A stretch of 64,000 nucleotides of DNA from Candidatus Hermodarchaeum yapensis (GTDB taxonomy: Archaea; Asgardarchaeota; Hermodarchaeia; Hermodarchaeales; Hermodarchaeaceae). The notes beneath the pieces are model-generated. The model was not told the origin of the DNA. It did not search any database and saw only the letters and a program-made list of their open reading frames with translations. Position 1 is the first letter of the stretch; each line of letters starts with the position of its first letter. The DNA lies in the NCBI GenBank assembly GCA_016840405.1, contig JAEOSK010000004.1, positions 32,001 to 96,000 of the forward strand, in the 5' to 3' direction. Positions 39,756 through 49,471 of this stretch are shown in pieces. Both the position numbers and the translations under genes were made by a program.

Positions 39756-40307
39756 GTGAATGGTTGGGACCACGTCTTCATTACAACGATTGTATTTTTT
39801 GTGAGTTGGATAGCCATTTACTTCCTTGCTCTCTATGGCTTTATCGCATTCCCAGCATACCTTACTCTCTGGTTTATCTTCGTCGCCTGGGTTGGTGGAA
39901 TCTTTCCAGATTTCGATATTCACTGGAAACCCCTTCTCGGACATCGGTCTGTCATTACTCATAGTGTCTTAGCGCCACTCCTAATTGTTGGCATCTTCTA
40001 CCTTCCGATACTCATTGTTCCTGAGTTATGGATGGAAATTGATCGCTATTTCATCGTCATCTTCTTACTGGGATGTGCCCTACACTTACTCCTCGATTTA
40101 ATTCCTAGCTCTCGCTCAGTACTCAATCGATTCATGAAAAATCCGTTGGAAGCCTTTGCCTATATTGAGAAAAATCAAACATCAGCACCTGGAAACATCA
40201 CAAGAATCCCTGAAAAGTATGAAAGAGGATGGCTAATCGGTAATGCCGTTGCCCTTATCTTCTTTGCTGCGTTTCTCTGGTGGTTCTTTGTTACCTTCTT
40301 TCCTTGA
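39756..40307 (+). CDS. Membrane-bound metal-dependent hydrolase (YdjM-like)
   Basis: PDFD, HRSVITHS and HLLLD motifs. Confidence 0.78.
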   Translation: MNGWDHVFITTIVFFVSWIAIYFLALYGFIAFPAYLTLWFIFVAWVGGIFPDFDIHWKPLLGHRSVITHSVLAPLLIVGIFYLPILIVPELWMEIDRYFIVIFLLGCALHLLLDLIPSSRSVLNRFMKNPLEAFAYIEKNQTSAPGNITRIPEKYERGWLIGNAVALIFFAAFLWWFFVTFFP

Positions 40308-41496
40308 GCACCTGCGCTAGTATTTCCATTAAATCCAAAATCTTGAGATCAGTCTCCTTTACCTGATTCTGGGTTTCGGTGAAGTGGAGTTTACAGTTTG
40401 GACAAGCTGAAACCAAGTATGAGTTCGAAGCTGATGGTGTATCAGCTAGTCGGGTCCGGGTAATTTCCTCAGCTAGAGCCGGAAAGGTTTTGGGTAAGGC
40501 GCCGCCTCCACCGCAGCAATCCGCATATTCTCGATTGTGAGGAAATTCCATTAGGTCGGCTCCTGGGATAAGTTTGAGAAGCTGTCGGGGGGGTTCGTAA
40601 ATGCCTAGTTCTCGTCCTAAATGGCAGGGATCATGGTATGTCATTGTTAAAATTGAACCAGTTTGCTTCGTCTGTAAAGGGGATTTGATCAGTGGAGCGA
40701 GTTGTTCACTTTGCTTGACTAAAAATTCGACCATGTGAAGTACTTTAACTTTCTTGGGTAGGTGTATACCTAGTTGTGGATAGTCGAGTTTAAGGGCTCT
40801 GGCGCACCCGGGGCACGTTGTGAGTATTGTCTTTGCACCGGATTCTTTGATGGCTTTAACGTTTTGTTCTGCCAAGGATTTGGCACTTTCGATGAACCCG
40901 GCTCGGATAAGGGGTGATCCACAACAGACTTCATTTTTCTCTCCATTGAGAAAGGTGAAATCAATTCCTAGTCTAGCTAGCACTGTATGAGTTGCTGAAG
41001 CGATTTCTGGATGTCTGTATGCTGTAGTACATCCAACAAAATAGGCAATCTCGGCTGTGGATGTTTGATTCTTCAAAATACTTTGAAGTTGTGCAAACCG
41101 CTCATCATGTGGTTCGCCATAGACGTTGAAGAATTCACTGGTGTTCTTATCGAGCTCAAGAGTTCCAGCAGGAGCTCGGTGTTCAGCTACTACGCGTTCA
41201 CGACTAAGTTCGATGATGCGTGGAAGTTCATGACGAGGCATACACCAAGCCTTGCACGCCCCACAGAGATTGCATTGATACAAACGATCCACCGCTGCTT
41301 CTGTGAGCGCACTTTTTCCTCCCCGATACAGTTCAATGATAAGGGCTCGACCAACAGGACTGCAGGCATCAGAACGAGTAACCAAATGAGTGGGGCAGGA
41401 ATGGCGACACATACGGCTGCAGAGACTACATAGACGACTAATTTTAGCGAAATCATCCAACGTGTTTGATAGGGCGGTTGAATTGGGTGGTGTCAT
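40291..41496 (-). CDS. Fe-S oxidoreductase (GlpC/HdrD-like; 4Fe-4S dicluster plus two CCG domains)
   Basis: CSLCSRMCRHSCP, CNLCGAC, VCCG, CPGC, YHDPCHLGR, CCGGGG and ACPNC. Confidence 0.9.
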   Translation of the reverse strand: MTPPNSTALSNTLDDFAKISRLCSLCSRMCRHSCPTHLVTRSDACSPVGRALIIELYRGGKSALTEAAVDRLYQCNLCGACKAWCMPRHELPRIIELSRERVVAEHRAPAGTLELDKNTSEFFNVYGEPHDERFAQLQSILKNQTSTAEIAYFVGCTTAYRHPEIASATHTVLARLGIDFTFLNGEKNEVCCGSPLIRAGFIESAKSLAEQNVKAIKESGAKTILTTCPGCARALKLDYPQLGIHLPKKVKVLHMVEFLVKQSEQLAPLIKSPLQTKQTGSILTMTYHDPCHLGRELGIYEPPRQLLKLIPGADLMEFPHNREYADCCGGGGALPKTFPALAEEITRTRLADTPSASNSYLVSACPNCKLHFTETQNQVKETDLKILDLMEILAQVLKERR

Positions 41497-42971
41497 TGTG
41501 AAGCTCCCTCTTTAGGAAATTTCGAGGTTTCATTCCCAAATCCCAATTTGCCAGGGTTCATGATATTATTGGGATCCAAATACTGTTTGATGGCTTGTAG
41601 AAGCGCAAAGCCGGTTTCTCCATGTTCGATTGGCATCCAAGGGGCTTTGAGAAGCCCCACGCCATGTTGATGGCTGAGTGTGCCGCCTGCACGATGTGCA
41701 GCTTCTAAGCCTGCATCCCAGATTTGTTGGTATTTTGTCTCAACTTCTTCTGGTGAGTTAGCGTGACCGACGAAGATGACGTAGATGTTACCACCGTCGG
41801 GGTAGAAGTGGGAGAAGTGACTCATAGTGCCAACTCCGAAGGCTTCGATGGCTTTCCGCATCTCCCAGTACATCTTCTCTAAATTGGCATAGCTAGAAGC
41901 CACGTCTAAAACATCGTAAAGCATGCCTGGACCCATGTTCATGCTCGAAGGATAATAGAGATCGAAACGGTTGTTCCACCAGTGCTTTGAAGGCCCCGGT
42001 CCTAAATCCTCAGCACCTCCTTCTAAACAAATCTTGGTTACCGTGCGTTTTTCCAGTCGAACAAAGTCTTTTGTTGCCCGATAAATGAAGTTCAGGACGC
42101 AAGCGCCGTCTGAAGGTGGTTTGAACCGGCTGAGCACGAAACGTGTTTCGTTTTCATCGTATAGACGGATGAGCGCAGGTTTCAGGTCTTGGCGAAATAC
42201 CTGTTTGACAGCATTCATCCCTGAATGTAGGTCGGGAAAGAGAAAGGAAGCAAACTGTGTTTCCTCGGGGGATGGAGCAATTCGAAGCGTGAGTTCAGTG
42301 ATGATTCCATAGGTTCCTTCTGATCCGATGAAGAGTTGTTTGAGATCGGGTCCCATTGAGGAACGAGGCACGGCTTTAGTCCGAAGTAACTCCCCGGTAG
42401 GAAGCACGACTTCTAATCCAGTAATCATATCTTCGATTTTCCCATACTTGGATGAAAGAACACCGGCTGACCGGGCAGCAGCGAATCCACCAAGGGCAGA
42501 GCTGTAGATGGAGGAGGGAAGATGTCCAGTAGTGTACCCTCGTGCCTCTAGATACTCTTCTAGCTCATAACCTAAAATACCCGGTTCTACTGTCACGGTG
42601 AATGATTCTTCATCAAGAAATAGCACCCTGTTCATTTTCTTGACATCAACGATGATTCCCCCAGTTGTGGCTAATATCCCACCAGCAACACCACCTGCTC
42701 CAGATACAGGAATAATGGGTATGGATTCTTGGTTGGCGAGTTTGACAATTCTTTGAATTTGCTCAACAGTTTGTGGCCAGACAATCAAATCCGGTTTAGC
42801 CTCGATGATTAACCGCCCCAACCGTAGCAGACGGAGAGGCCATGCATCTCGCGAATAGTTAATTTTGTCCACTTCTGCATCAGATACATTCTCTTTACCT
42901 AACCAAACTTCCAGTTGGCGTTTTACTCGATTGACATTGAAGGCAGTTGAAGCGGCAGACACGGATAACAC
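41493..42971 (-). CDS. FAD-linked oxidoreductase (GlcD / alkyl-DHAP synthase-like)
   Basis: GHLPSS, SSKYGKIED, GPDLKQLFIGSEGTYGIIT, SHFSHFY, SHQHGVG and DPNNIMNPGKL. Confidence 0.9.
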   Translation of the reverse strand: MLSVSAASTAFNVNRVKRQLEVWLGKENVSDAEVDKINYSRDAWPLRLLRLGRLIIEAKPDLIVWPQTVEQIQRIVKLANQESIPIIPVSGAGGVAGGILATTGGIIVDVKKMNRVLFLDEESFTVTVEPGILGYELEEYLEARGYTTGHLPSSIYSSALGGFAAARSAGVLSSKYGKIEDMITGLEVVLPTGELLRTKAVPRSSMGPDLKQLFIGSEGTYGIITELTLRIAPSPEETQFASFLFPDLHSGMNAVKQVFRQDLKPALIRLYDENETRFVLSRFKPPSDGACVLNFIYRATKDFVRLEKRTVTKICLEGGAEDLGPGPSKHWWNNRFDLYYPSSMNMGPGMLYDVLDVASSYANLEKMYWEMRKAIEAFGVGTMSHFSHFYPDGGNIYVIFVGHANSPEEVETKYQQIWDAGLEAAHRAGGTLSHQHGVGLLKAPWMPIEHGETGFALLQAIKQYLDPNNIMNPGKLGFGNETSKFPKEGASQ

Positions 42972-43087
42972 CCACCATTCGAACTATGAATAGGAATTAT
43001 TACATAAAAGCCACCTTGAACAACGAAATCCCTGTCCAGAATAAACAGGAGAGGGGTTGGTCTAGATGGAACACAGATACTGTTGAC

Positions 43088-43840
43088 TTAGATGGGTTCT
43101 GAGACAAAGATTGCTCGCTCAGCTTCAGGGGTCCAAGGTGCGCGAGTGAAGGAGGAGTAGATAGTTTCTACTTGGAACTGCATCTCAGCTAGCAGAAATT
43201 TCACATCTTCGACTGTCATGATGGCAAGTTGCGACCAGTCATAAAAGGTGTCGGTGATACGCCCTGTTTTGTCATGGACATCGAATCGGAGTACTGTATC
43301 GATAATCCCCTTTGATTCTTGAGCACGGGTTGAGATGGAACGGGTTACAGCGCCACCTTTGGGGAGGGAAACGGTTTCCAGTCGTCGCCATGTGCCTGTT
43401 GGGTCTGAATCACCCACCCAGATGTCAAACACAAAGGAGCCTTCGGAGTGTAAATGGGCTTTCACACTTTTGAGACAGCCCAACTGCTCTTTGCGGGTTG
43501 TAAGGTATTGGAAACTCCCCGATGGGACATAGATAAATCGAAATTGCTGATCGAGTGAAAAGTCACTCATATCCCCAGCAATGAAAAGAAGTCGTTTGGC
43601 AATTTCGGGTGGGGCTTTTTGCAGCTTTTTCCGGGCTTCCTGAAGCATCTCGCGGGACTTTTCGAGCCCAACCACCGTGATACCATCTTCAGCTAAATGG
43701 AAGGCAAAGACACCAGTTCCGACGCCTAATTCTAGTGCCGGTGATCCTACCTCTTGAGCAAGGAGCTGATAGAAAGCCTGTTCCTCTTCTTTGCCAAGGG
43801 TAAAGAGATCATAGAACTGTGCACTCGCTTGATACGCCAT
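43088..43840 (-). CDS. Class I SAM-dependent methyltransferase
   Basis: LELGVGTG, GDM and AHLHSEGSFVFD. Confidence 0.9.
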   Translation of the reverse strand: MAYQASAQFYDLFTLGKEEEQAFYQLLAQEVGSPALELGVGTGVFAFHLAEDGITVVGLEKSREMLQEARKKLQKAPPEIAKRLLFIAGDMSDFSLDQQFRFIYVPSGSFQYLTTRKEQLGCLKSVKAHLHSEGSFVFDIWVGDSDPTGTWRRLETVSLPKGGAVTRSISTRAQESKGIIDTVLRFDVHDKTGRITDTFYDWSQLAIMTVEDVKFLLAEMQFQVETIYSSFTRAPWTPEAERAIFVSEPI

Positions 43841-43967
43841 ACGAAACCATCACACCTGAATGCATTGGGGATTGTGGACTATTTGAGGGTTTTTGTCTAG
43901 CAATCTGTAGTCGCGTTCCACAGTGGACTGTGTTTCCTCCCACCTTTACACCGGGAAGGATGATGTC

Positions 43968-44765
43968 ATGTTTCAAACCGCGTTCTCTATGGCACAGCAA
44001 ACCCAGAAAGCGAAGTGTTCCACTGGTATCACTATCCTCGATGATCTATTGGAAGGTGGCTTTGAACCAGGACTAAGCTACTTGCTATACGGTAGCCCGC
44101 ACTGTACACAAATGATGCAGCAGTCAGTGGCGAGTGCATTGGAACATACCTCCAGTGAACAGGGAGTGGCCGTCATTGATGCCAATAACGGCATTCGCCC
44201 CGACAAAATCATTAGTCACCTCCGGGCAACCTCACAGCAGACCCCACCAACAAAATACCTCAACCGACTTTATGTGGCACGAGCCTTTACAACAGACCAG
44301 TTTCTTTCTCTACTCGATGATGCTGTAAACGCCATCCAAGAACAGAGAGCTCCGATTCTATTCGTCAACGGTTTGATGCACCTCGTTCAAGAAGAAGAGG
44401 AGGGGGGACCCACTCCACCCTCGCCTAGAGCCTCTCCTGACCCTCGCGTCTTTCGTCGCGCTCAACTTGCGGCACACCCGAAACAACTTGCCTTCACGCA
44501 GCAAATCGCCGTTGTGGTTAGTGCAGATGGGCCCAAACGCTCCTCTCAGCCACCCCTCCGATTGGGTCAATTCACCCGTCACCGGTTCCATGTCTTGATA
44601 CACCATTCCCGCCAAGACACTGTTGAAACATTCACCTTGGAGAAACATCCAAGTCGTCCCTGGCTTCAACGGAGTAGAGTGATACCACGAATTCGTCGCT
44701 ATCCGGGTACTCAGCAGACAACACTCCTTGATAGTGCAAATCCCAAAGCTAGATTGGTTCCGTGA
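43968..44765 (+). CDS. RadA/Rad51-like paralog with degenerate Walker motifs
   Basis: STGITILDDLLEGG, VIDANN and YVARAFTTDQ. Walker A is replaced by GSPHCTQM. Start placed at MFQTA. Confidence 0.8.
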   Translation: MFQTAFSMAQQTQKAKCSTGITILDDLLEGGFEPGLSYLLYGSPHCTQMMQQSVASALEHTSSEQGVAVIDANNGIRPDKIISHLRATSQQTPPTKYLNRLYVARAFTTDQFLSLLDDAVNAIQEQRAPILFVNGLMHLVQEEEEGGPTPPSPRASPDPRVFRRAQLAAHPKQLAFTQQIAVVVSADGPKRSSQPPLRLGQFTRHRFHVLIHHSRQDTVETFTLEKHPSRPWLQRSRVIPRIRRYPGTQQTTLLDSANPKARLVP

Positions 44766-44839
44766 GTGTGAAAGACCTTACTCAATACTAGCATTTTTAC
44801 CAGCGTTCATGTAGAGAAGTTGCTCACAAGAGGAGCCAT

Positions 44840-45769
44840 TTGGGCATGAAACTCGGTTCTTGGAAATACTATATTCTGCTCATCCTAGCCATGGTGTTTT
44901 GGGGTGGGAGCTGGGTTTCCGTGAAAATCGTTGTCTCAAATGCTCCACCGATGACTGTGGGATTCTTCCGTTTCTTAACGGCAAGTCTGATTTTCATTCC
45001 CATTTTACTCGTAACCCATCGAGAAGATATCCAATCCTATACTCGACGTGATATTGGTCTGTTTTTTGTTTTGGGATTAGTGGGTGTATTGGGGTACGGT
45101 GTTCTCTTCTTGGTGGGGATGCAGTTTACCTCATCAGCGCAGGGATCGATTATCGCAGGAGTCAATCCTATCACGGTAAGTCTCCTAGCGTTTCTGCTGT
45201 TAAACGAACGCCTAGCTCCGAAATGGAGATACTTGGGATTTCTTTTCAGTTTTCTCGGTATTTTCTTCGTCGTGGGAGTCCAATCCTTCCTTGAATTTCG
45301 ACCGGACTATTTGATTGGAAACCTCATTCTTTTGTGTGGGATGTTAACGTGGGGACTCTACTCTGTTCTAGGAAAAAAGGTGATGACTCGGTACTCATCC
45401 TTGGAAACTACCGCGATAGGTATTTTCTTTGGTACAGTGCTCTTCTTTGGTGCAGCACTTACAGAGCAATTTTGGACCCTTCCCATAATGGCTGATCCAG
45501 CGTTTTGGCTTCATATCCTGTATTTGGGTATCTTTGTCACAGTCGTGGGATTTCTATTCTATTTTATCGGTATCGAGAATCTCGGAGCAAGTCGGGCGGC
45601 TGTTTTCATATCTTTGGTTCCTGTATTTGGCACGCTCTTCTCTATCCTGATACTCAGTGAACCGCTCTATTGGACATTTATTGTTGGCCTAATTCTGGTT
45701 GTTATAGGAATATTGGTGATTAATTATCCACGAAAGGAAAAAACCACAAACACTGCAACTAATCCTTAG
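44840..45769 (+). CDS. DMT/EamA family transporter
   Basis: FWGGSW...FFRF; two EamA repeats, about 10 TM. Confidence 0.92.
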   Translation: MGMKLGSWKYYILLILAMVFWGGSWVSVKIVVSNAPPMTVGFFRFLTASLIFIPILLVTHREDIQSYTRRDIGLFFVLGLVGVLGYGVLFLVGMQFTSSAQGSIIAGVNPITVSLLAFLLLNERLAPKWRYLGFLFSFLGIFFVVGVQSFLEFRPDYLIGNLILLCGMLTWGLYSVLGKKVMTRYSSLETTAIGIFFGTVLFFGAALTEQFWTLPIMADPAFWLHILYLGIFVTVVGFLFYFIGIENLGASRAAVFISLVPVFGTLFSILILSEPLYWTFIVGLILVVIGILVINYPRKEKTTNTATNP

Positions 45770-46418
45770 ACGACTTACGCGGATAAGGACAATTACGATT
45801 CAGAGGACATTCTTGGCAGCTAGGTTTTCGAGCGGTACACACGGTTGCACCAAAGTCGAGGAGTGCTTGATTCATCGTATAGGCTTGCCCTGGCGGGATA
45901 ACCCTTTCAGCTAGATGCCACAGCTGCTTCTTCGCCGGCTCACGCATCGGGTCGCCTTGGATCTGAAAATACCGTTGTAGTACACGTCGTACGTTTGTAT
46001 CAAGAATGGGAGCATCTTTATGATACGCAAAGCTAAGGATGGCGCCTGCAGTATATCGTCCGATTCCTCGTAAAGCCATCAATTCTTCTAATGTGTTAGG
46101 GAGACGGCCATTGTACTTCTTAACGACAAGTTTGGCAATCTGTTGGAGGCGTCCAGGACGAAAATTATACCCCAAGGGACGCCACAACTGTTTAACCTCT
46201 TTTTTTGGTGCAGCAGCCAGAGCCTCGAATGTTGGATAGGCTTCCAGGAATTCGTGATACTTGGGAACCACCCGATCGACTTGAGTTTGATGAAGCATGA
46301 TTTCAGAGACAAGAATGTGATAAGGATCCTTGGTGCGACGCCAGGGAAGGTCGCGTCCATTAAGGGCATACCATTTGAGCAGCATTCGTTGAAACGTCTG
46401 AATCTGCTTGCGGCTCAT
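45759..46418 (-). CDS. mutY: HhH-GPD DNA glycosylase, MutY/Mig-like (no C-terminal MutT-like domain)
   Basis: RDLPWR, VSEIMLHQT, LRGIGRYTA, DTNVRRV and the Fe-S cluster motif CTARKPSCQECPLNRNC. Confidence 0.85.
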   Translation of the reverse strand: MSRKQIQTFQRMLLKWYALNGRDLPWRRTKDPYHILVSEIMLHQTQVDRVVPKYHEFLEAYPTFEALAAAPKKEVKQLWRPLGYNFRPGRLQQIAKLVVKKYNGRLPNTLEELMALRGIGRYTAGAILSFAYHKDAPILDTNVRRVLQRYFQIQGDPMREPAKKQLWHLAERVIPPGQAYTMNQALLDFGATVCTARKPSCQECPLNRNCPYPRKSSKD

Positions 46419-46492
46419 AGTCTAGCACGTCCTCAGTGAATTAAAAAAGCCATGCATTTTCATCTTCTAAGTAAATGGGCTTCATTTTGGGT

Positions 46493-47404
46493 CTAATATT
46501 TCTTGACGAAATAATATTCTTTGATCGGTTTTGGATAACCATCGGAGACTCCAAAGATTTCGTATCCGAGTTTCTGAAAGAATTCCGGGGCTTGGAAGGA
46601 GTACACCATTGCGAGACTTGAGATGCAACCTTCCTTTCTGGCAATTCCTTCCGCGACCATCATGAGCTCCTTACCATAACCTTGACCACGGTATCGCTCA
46701 TCAATCCAGAGTTGATCAATATACAAAGCTTTGAGTATTGAACCCCCATTTAATCCCCCAATAACTTGTCCTTCCGCATTTTTGATAATCAAGTTAATTT
46801 GAATTCTAGGATTCTTTTTTCGCAATTCGCCAATATGCTCAAGGACATATTCACGAAGACCTGTATGAAGAACATTCATTGACTCTTCAGACGAATCTTC
46901 AGAAATCGAGAATTCAGCTTTCCCCTGTCTGGTAGTTTCATTGAGTGTATCATGAGTTGTATCTAATCTTTTCATGAGAACATATTCTGTGATACCACTG
47001 GTGTATCCATCGAATATTCCTAAGACTTTGTATCCAATACTTTGGTAAAATTCGGGGGCCTGAAAAGAAAAGGTCCATGTTTGGGCAGCGGTATAGCCTT
47101 TTTTCTTTCCGATTCTTTCTGCTTCCAATACGAGAGCTCTTCCGTAACCCTTTCTCCGATGCGTCTTATCGACCCAGAGAACCTCAAGGTGCATGACTCC
47201 AACCAACATGCTTGTAATTACTCCACCAATAATTTGGCCAGCCTTATCTTTCAAGACCAAACTGATATCAGGTGTAGGAATGTCTAATTCGCCGTTAGGG
47301 TGCTTTTTGTTATGCTCTTCCAATCCCTTCTTGACACTCTCTATCTCTTCCTTGGAGGGATTCGTAATGATGGCAAATCGGTTGGAATGCTTGCAACTAT
47401 TCAT
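46493..47404 (-). CDS. Tandem double GNAT acetyltransferase
   Basis: Two similar halves (LWV..RRKGYG..FQAPEFY / LWI..RGQGYG..FQAPEFF). Confidence 0.9.
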   Translation of the reverse strand: MNSCKHSNRFAIITNPSKEEIESVKKGLEEHNKKHPNGELDIPTPDISLVLKDKAGQIIGGVITSMLVGVMHLEVLWVDKTHRRKGYGRALVLEAERIGKKKGYTAAQTWTFSFQAPEFYQSIGYKVLGIFDGYTSGITEYVLMKRLDTTHDTLNETTRQGKAEFSISEDSSEESMNVLHTGLREYVLEHIGELRKKNPRIQINLIIKNAEGQVIGGLNGGSILKALYIDQLWIDERYRGQGYGKELMMVAEGIARKEGCISSLAMVYSFQAPEFFQKLGYEIFGVSDGYPKPIKEYYFVKKY

Positions 47405-47473
47405 CCAATCAGCTCCGGGTTTGAATACTAGTAAGAGTAGAAATTTTGGATATAGTTCTGAGCAGGAACCTCT

Positions 47474-48814
47474 TTGCTCTCTATTAATTTTGTTGAACGG
47501 GTAGCATGGACATGTATGGGCATACGAAGGTTTATCAACAGGATGAATCCAAGGCTGCCCATGGTGGCGCCTGAAACAGAGATTACTGAATCCCCCACGC
47601 CATTAGTACCCCGTCGGTATATTTGGGGGCTTTTCCTTGGTTTTTCACTGTTTCATATAGCACAAGCAATTTTCTGGCAGTTTGGCTCCTACTATCTCTT
47701 CGTTGGAATTGGTGAAACCCAATTTCTCCTGATTGGATTGGTGGGCGGATTACCTGTTCTTATCGGACTAACTGGAGTTTACCTTTGGGGATCAATCTCG
47801 GATAAATTGCATCGGCGTCTCCCTTTCATCATATTCGGATTCCTCGGTCAAGCGATTTCTTTTCTGCTCTACATCTTCATCCAAGACAGTATAACATTCC
47901 TAATCGTTACTTGTGCAGCCTATTTCTTCTCTCTAGCGGCTGTTCCTCTAGCCAATGCTTATCTCACTGAAGCTCAGACTCAAAAAGGAGGAGCCGTGGG
48001 TTTACTCCTTGCCACGAGCAGTCTAGGTTGGGCAGTGGGAGCGTTTTCAGGTGGATTCTTATTCACTCTCATTGGCATGGAGGGCTTGTTCCTACTCGGT
48101 GCTATTGCATACTTTATCGCCATTTTCACTATTCTCATATTAGTCCGTGAACTTCCAGCGCCCGCCCAAGGATCAATCATTGACGAGGAAACAATGAGTG
48201 AACCATTAAATCCTGATAGAAAATGGATGACCCCACGTATTATACTCCTATTGATAGCTACTGCTGTGGCTATTGGCAGTGTTGGAGTAAATGCCCTATC
48301 TTTCTTTTTTGGGATTTTCTTAATTGAAGAACTTGCAGGAACAGCAATCATGCTTGGATTAGCCAACGGATTTGCGTCTCTCACCGGTTTTGCCGTTACC
48401 TTAGTTGCAGGACGGGCAACGGATCGCTTAGGTCGAAAACCTATGCTCCTCATGGGATTTGGTAGTTATGCAATTTTTATGACGGTTTACCTGTTTGTGG
48501 TGGATCCCTGGGTTGCAATGATTCTTTGGATTGTCCCCTTCTATCCCCTGATCTTTACAGCAAGCTATGCAGCAGCCGCGGATTTAAGCAAAGTGGCACG
48601 TCGAGGACGCGCGATGTCAACCATCGCTACGGCAAATTCCTTGGGATCTGGAATAGGTCCAATAATTGGTGGAGCCTTAGTTCAGTTTGTATTCATCTCA
48701 ATTCGGGGAAATATGGTCTTCGCTGTTTTGATGAACATAATCGCCTTGACGTTGGTGCTTCTATTCGTACCTGAAACGCTGCGACGGTTAAGGAATCGTA
48801 CCGATTCACAATAA
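47474..48814 (+). CDS. MFS transporter
   Basis: GSISDKLHRR and GRATDRLGRKP; about 12 TM. The true start is probably somewhat downstream. Confidence 0.88.
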   Translation: MLSINFVERVAWTCMGIRRFINRMNPRLPMVAPETEITESPTPLVPRRYIWGLFLGFSLFHIAQAIFWQFGSYYLFVGIGETQFLLIGLVGGLPVLIGLTGVYLWGSISDKLHRRLPFIIFGFLGQAISFLLYIFIQDSITFLIVTCAAYFFSLAAVPLANAYLTEAQTQKGGAVGLLLATSSLGWAVGAFSGGFLFTLIGMEGLFLLGAIAYFIAIFTILILVRELPAPAQGSIIDEETMSEPLNPDRKWMTPRIILLLIATAVAIGSVGVNALSFFFGIFLIEELAGTAIMLGLANGFASLTGFAVTLVAGRATDRLGRKPMLLMGFGSYAIFMTVYLFVVDPWVAMILWIVPFYPLIFTASYAAAADLSKVARRGRAMSTIATANSLGSGIGPIIGGALVQFVFISIRGNMVFAVLMNIIALTLVLLFVPETLRRLRNRTDSQ

Positions 48815-48827
48815 ACGGGCTCGCGTG

Positions 48828-49289
48828 TTATGCGTTATTGTTCTCTTTCTTCTTTCGTCCAGCGCCAATCATGTCCCCAATGATAATTAGAATGACAGCT
48901 GTGACTCCGATTCCACTTGTTAGGAAGTAGAAGATGATATCTTGTATTGGCAGACTGAAGATACCTAATCCGATTATTGAGAGGATTTGGAGGGCCAGGT
49001 AGTAGAAGGCTGAGAATGTAGCGAGCATGACTAAGATTTTACCGATGAGGGCGAAGATACCTTCGCCAGCGGCATACCAGAGAATAGATCCGACAATGAC
49101 GAAGATTCCACCGAGACTAGTAAAATATAATAAAATCCCGACGAGAAGGTGGCCATTGGGTGCTCCGATAATCGTGTTTAGAAATTCGCCTAACGCTAAT
49201 GCTGTTCCAACATCAATAGCGATGGAGGTGCCCGAATAGAGTAGGATACCGCCACCTGCGAGGAGGAGGATTAATCCAATTAAAGCCAT
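48828..49289 (-). CDS. Hypothetical membrane protein (about 4 TM)
   Basis: Strongly hydrophobic 153-aa ORF with a basic tail. Confidence 0.7.
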   Translation of the reverse strand: MALIGLILLLAGGGILLYSGTSIAIDVGTALALGEFLNTIIGAPNGHLLVGILLYFTSLGGIFVIVGSILWYAAGEGIFALIGKILVMLATFSAFYYLALQILSIIGLGIFSLPIQDIIFYFLTSGIGVTAVILIIIGDMIGAGRKKKENNNA

Positions 49290-49471
49290 AGTGTGTCAAC
49301 ATCCAGAAATGTGTATAGATACCCCCAAAGATATGCCCTTATAGTTTACGTGAAGGATGTCAGAGAACGGTTTTCACGTTGTTTTCCGTAATTTTGGGGG
49401 ATGATTAGTTTTTTATCATCGCGCCATTGTGTAGTGGTAGAAGCCTTTCTCGACGATTTTATGGGTGTATT

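Noticed and set aside
47413-47428. ctccgggtttgaatac as a degenerate repeat copy next to the tandem GNAT
   Set aside because: Too short, needs indels, and lacks the upstream T-run and hairpin.
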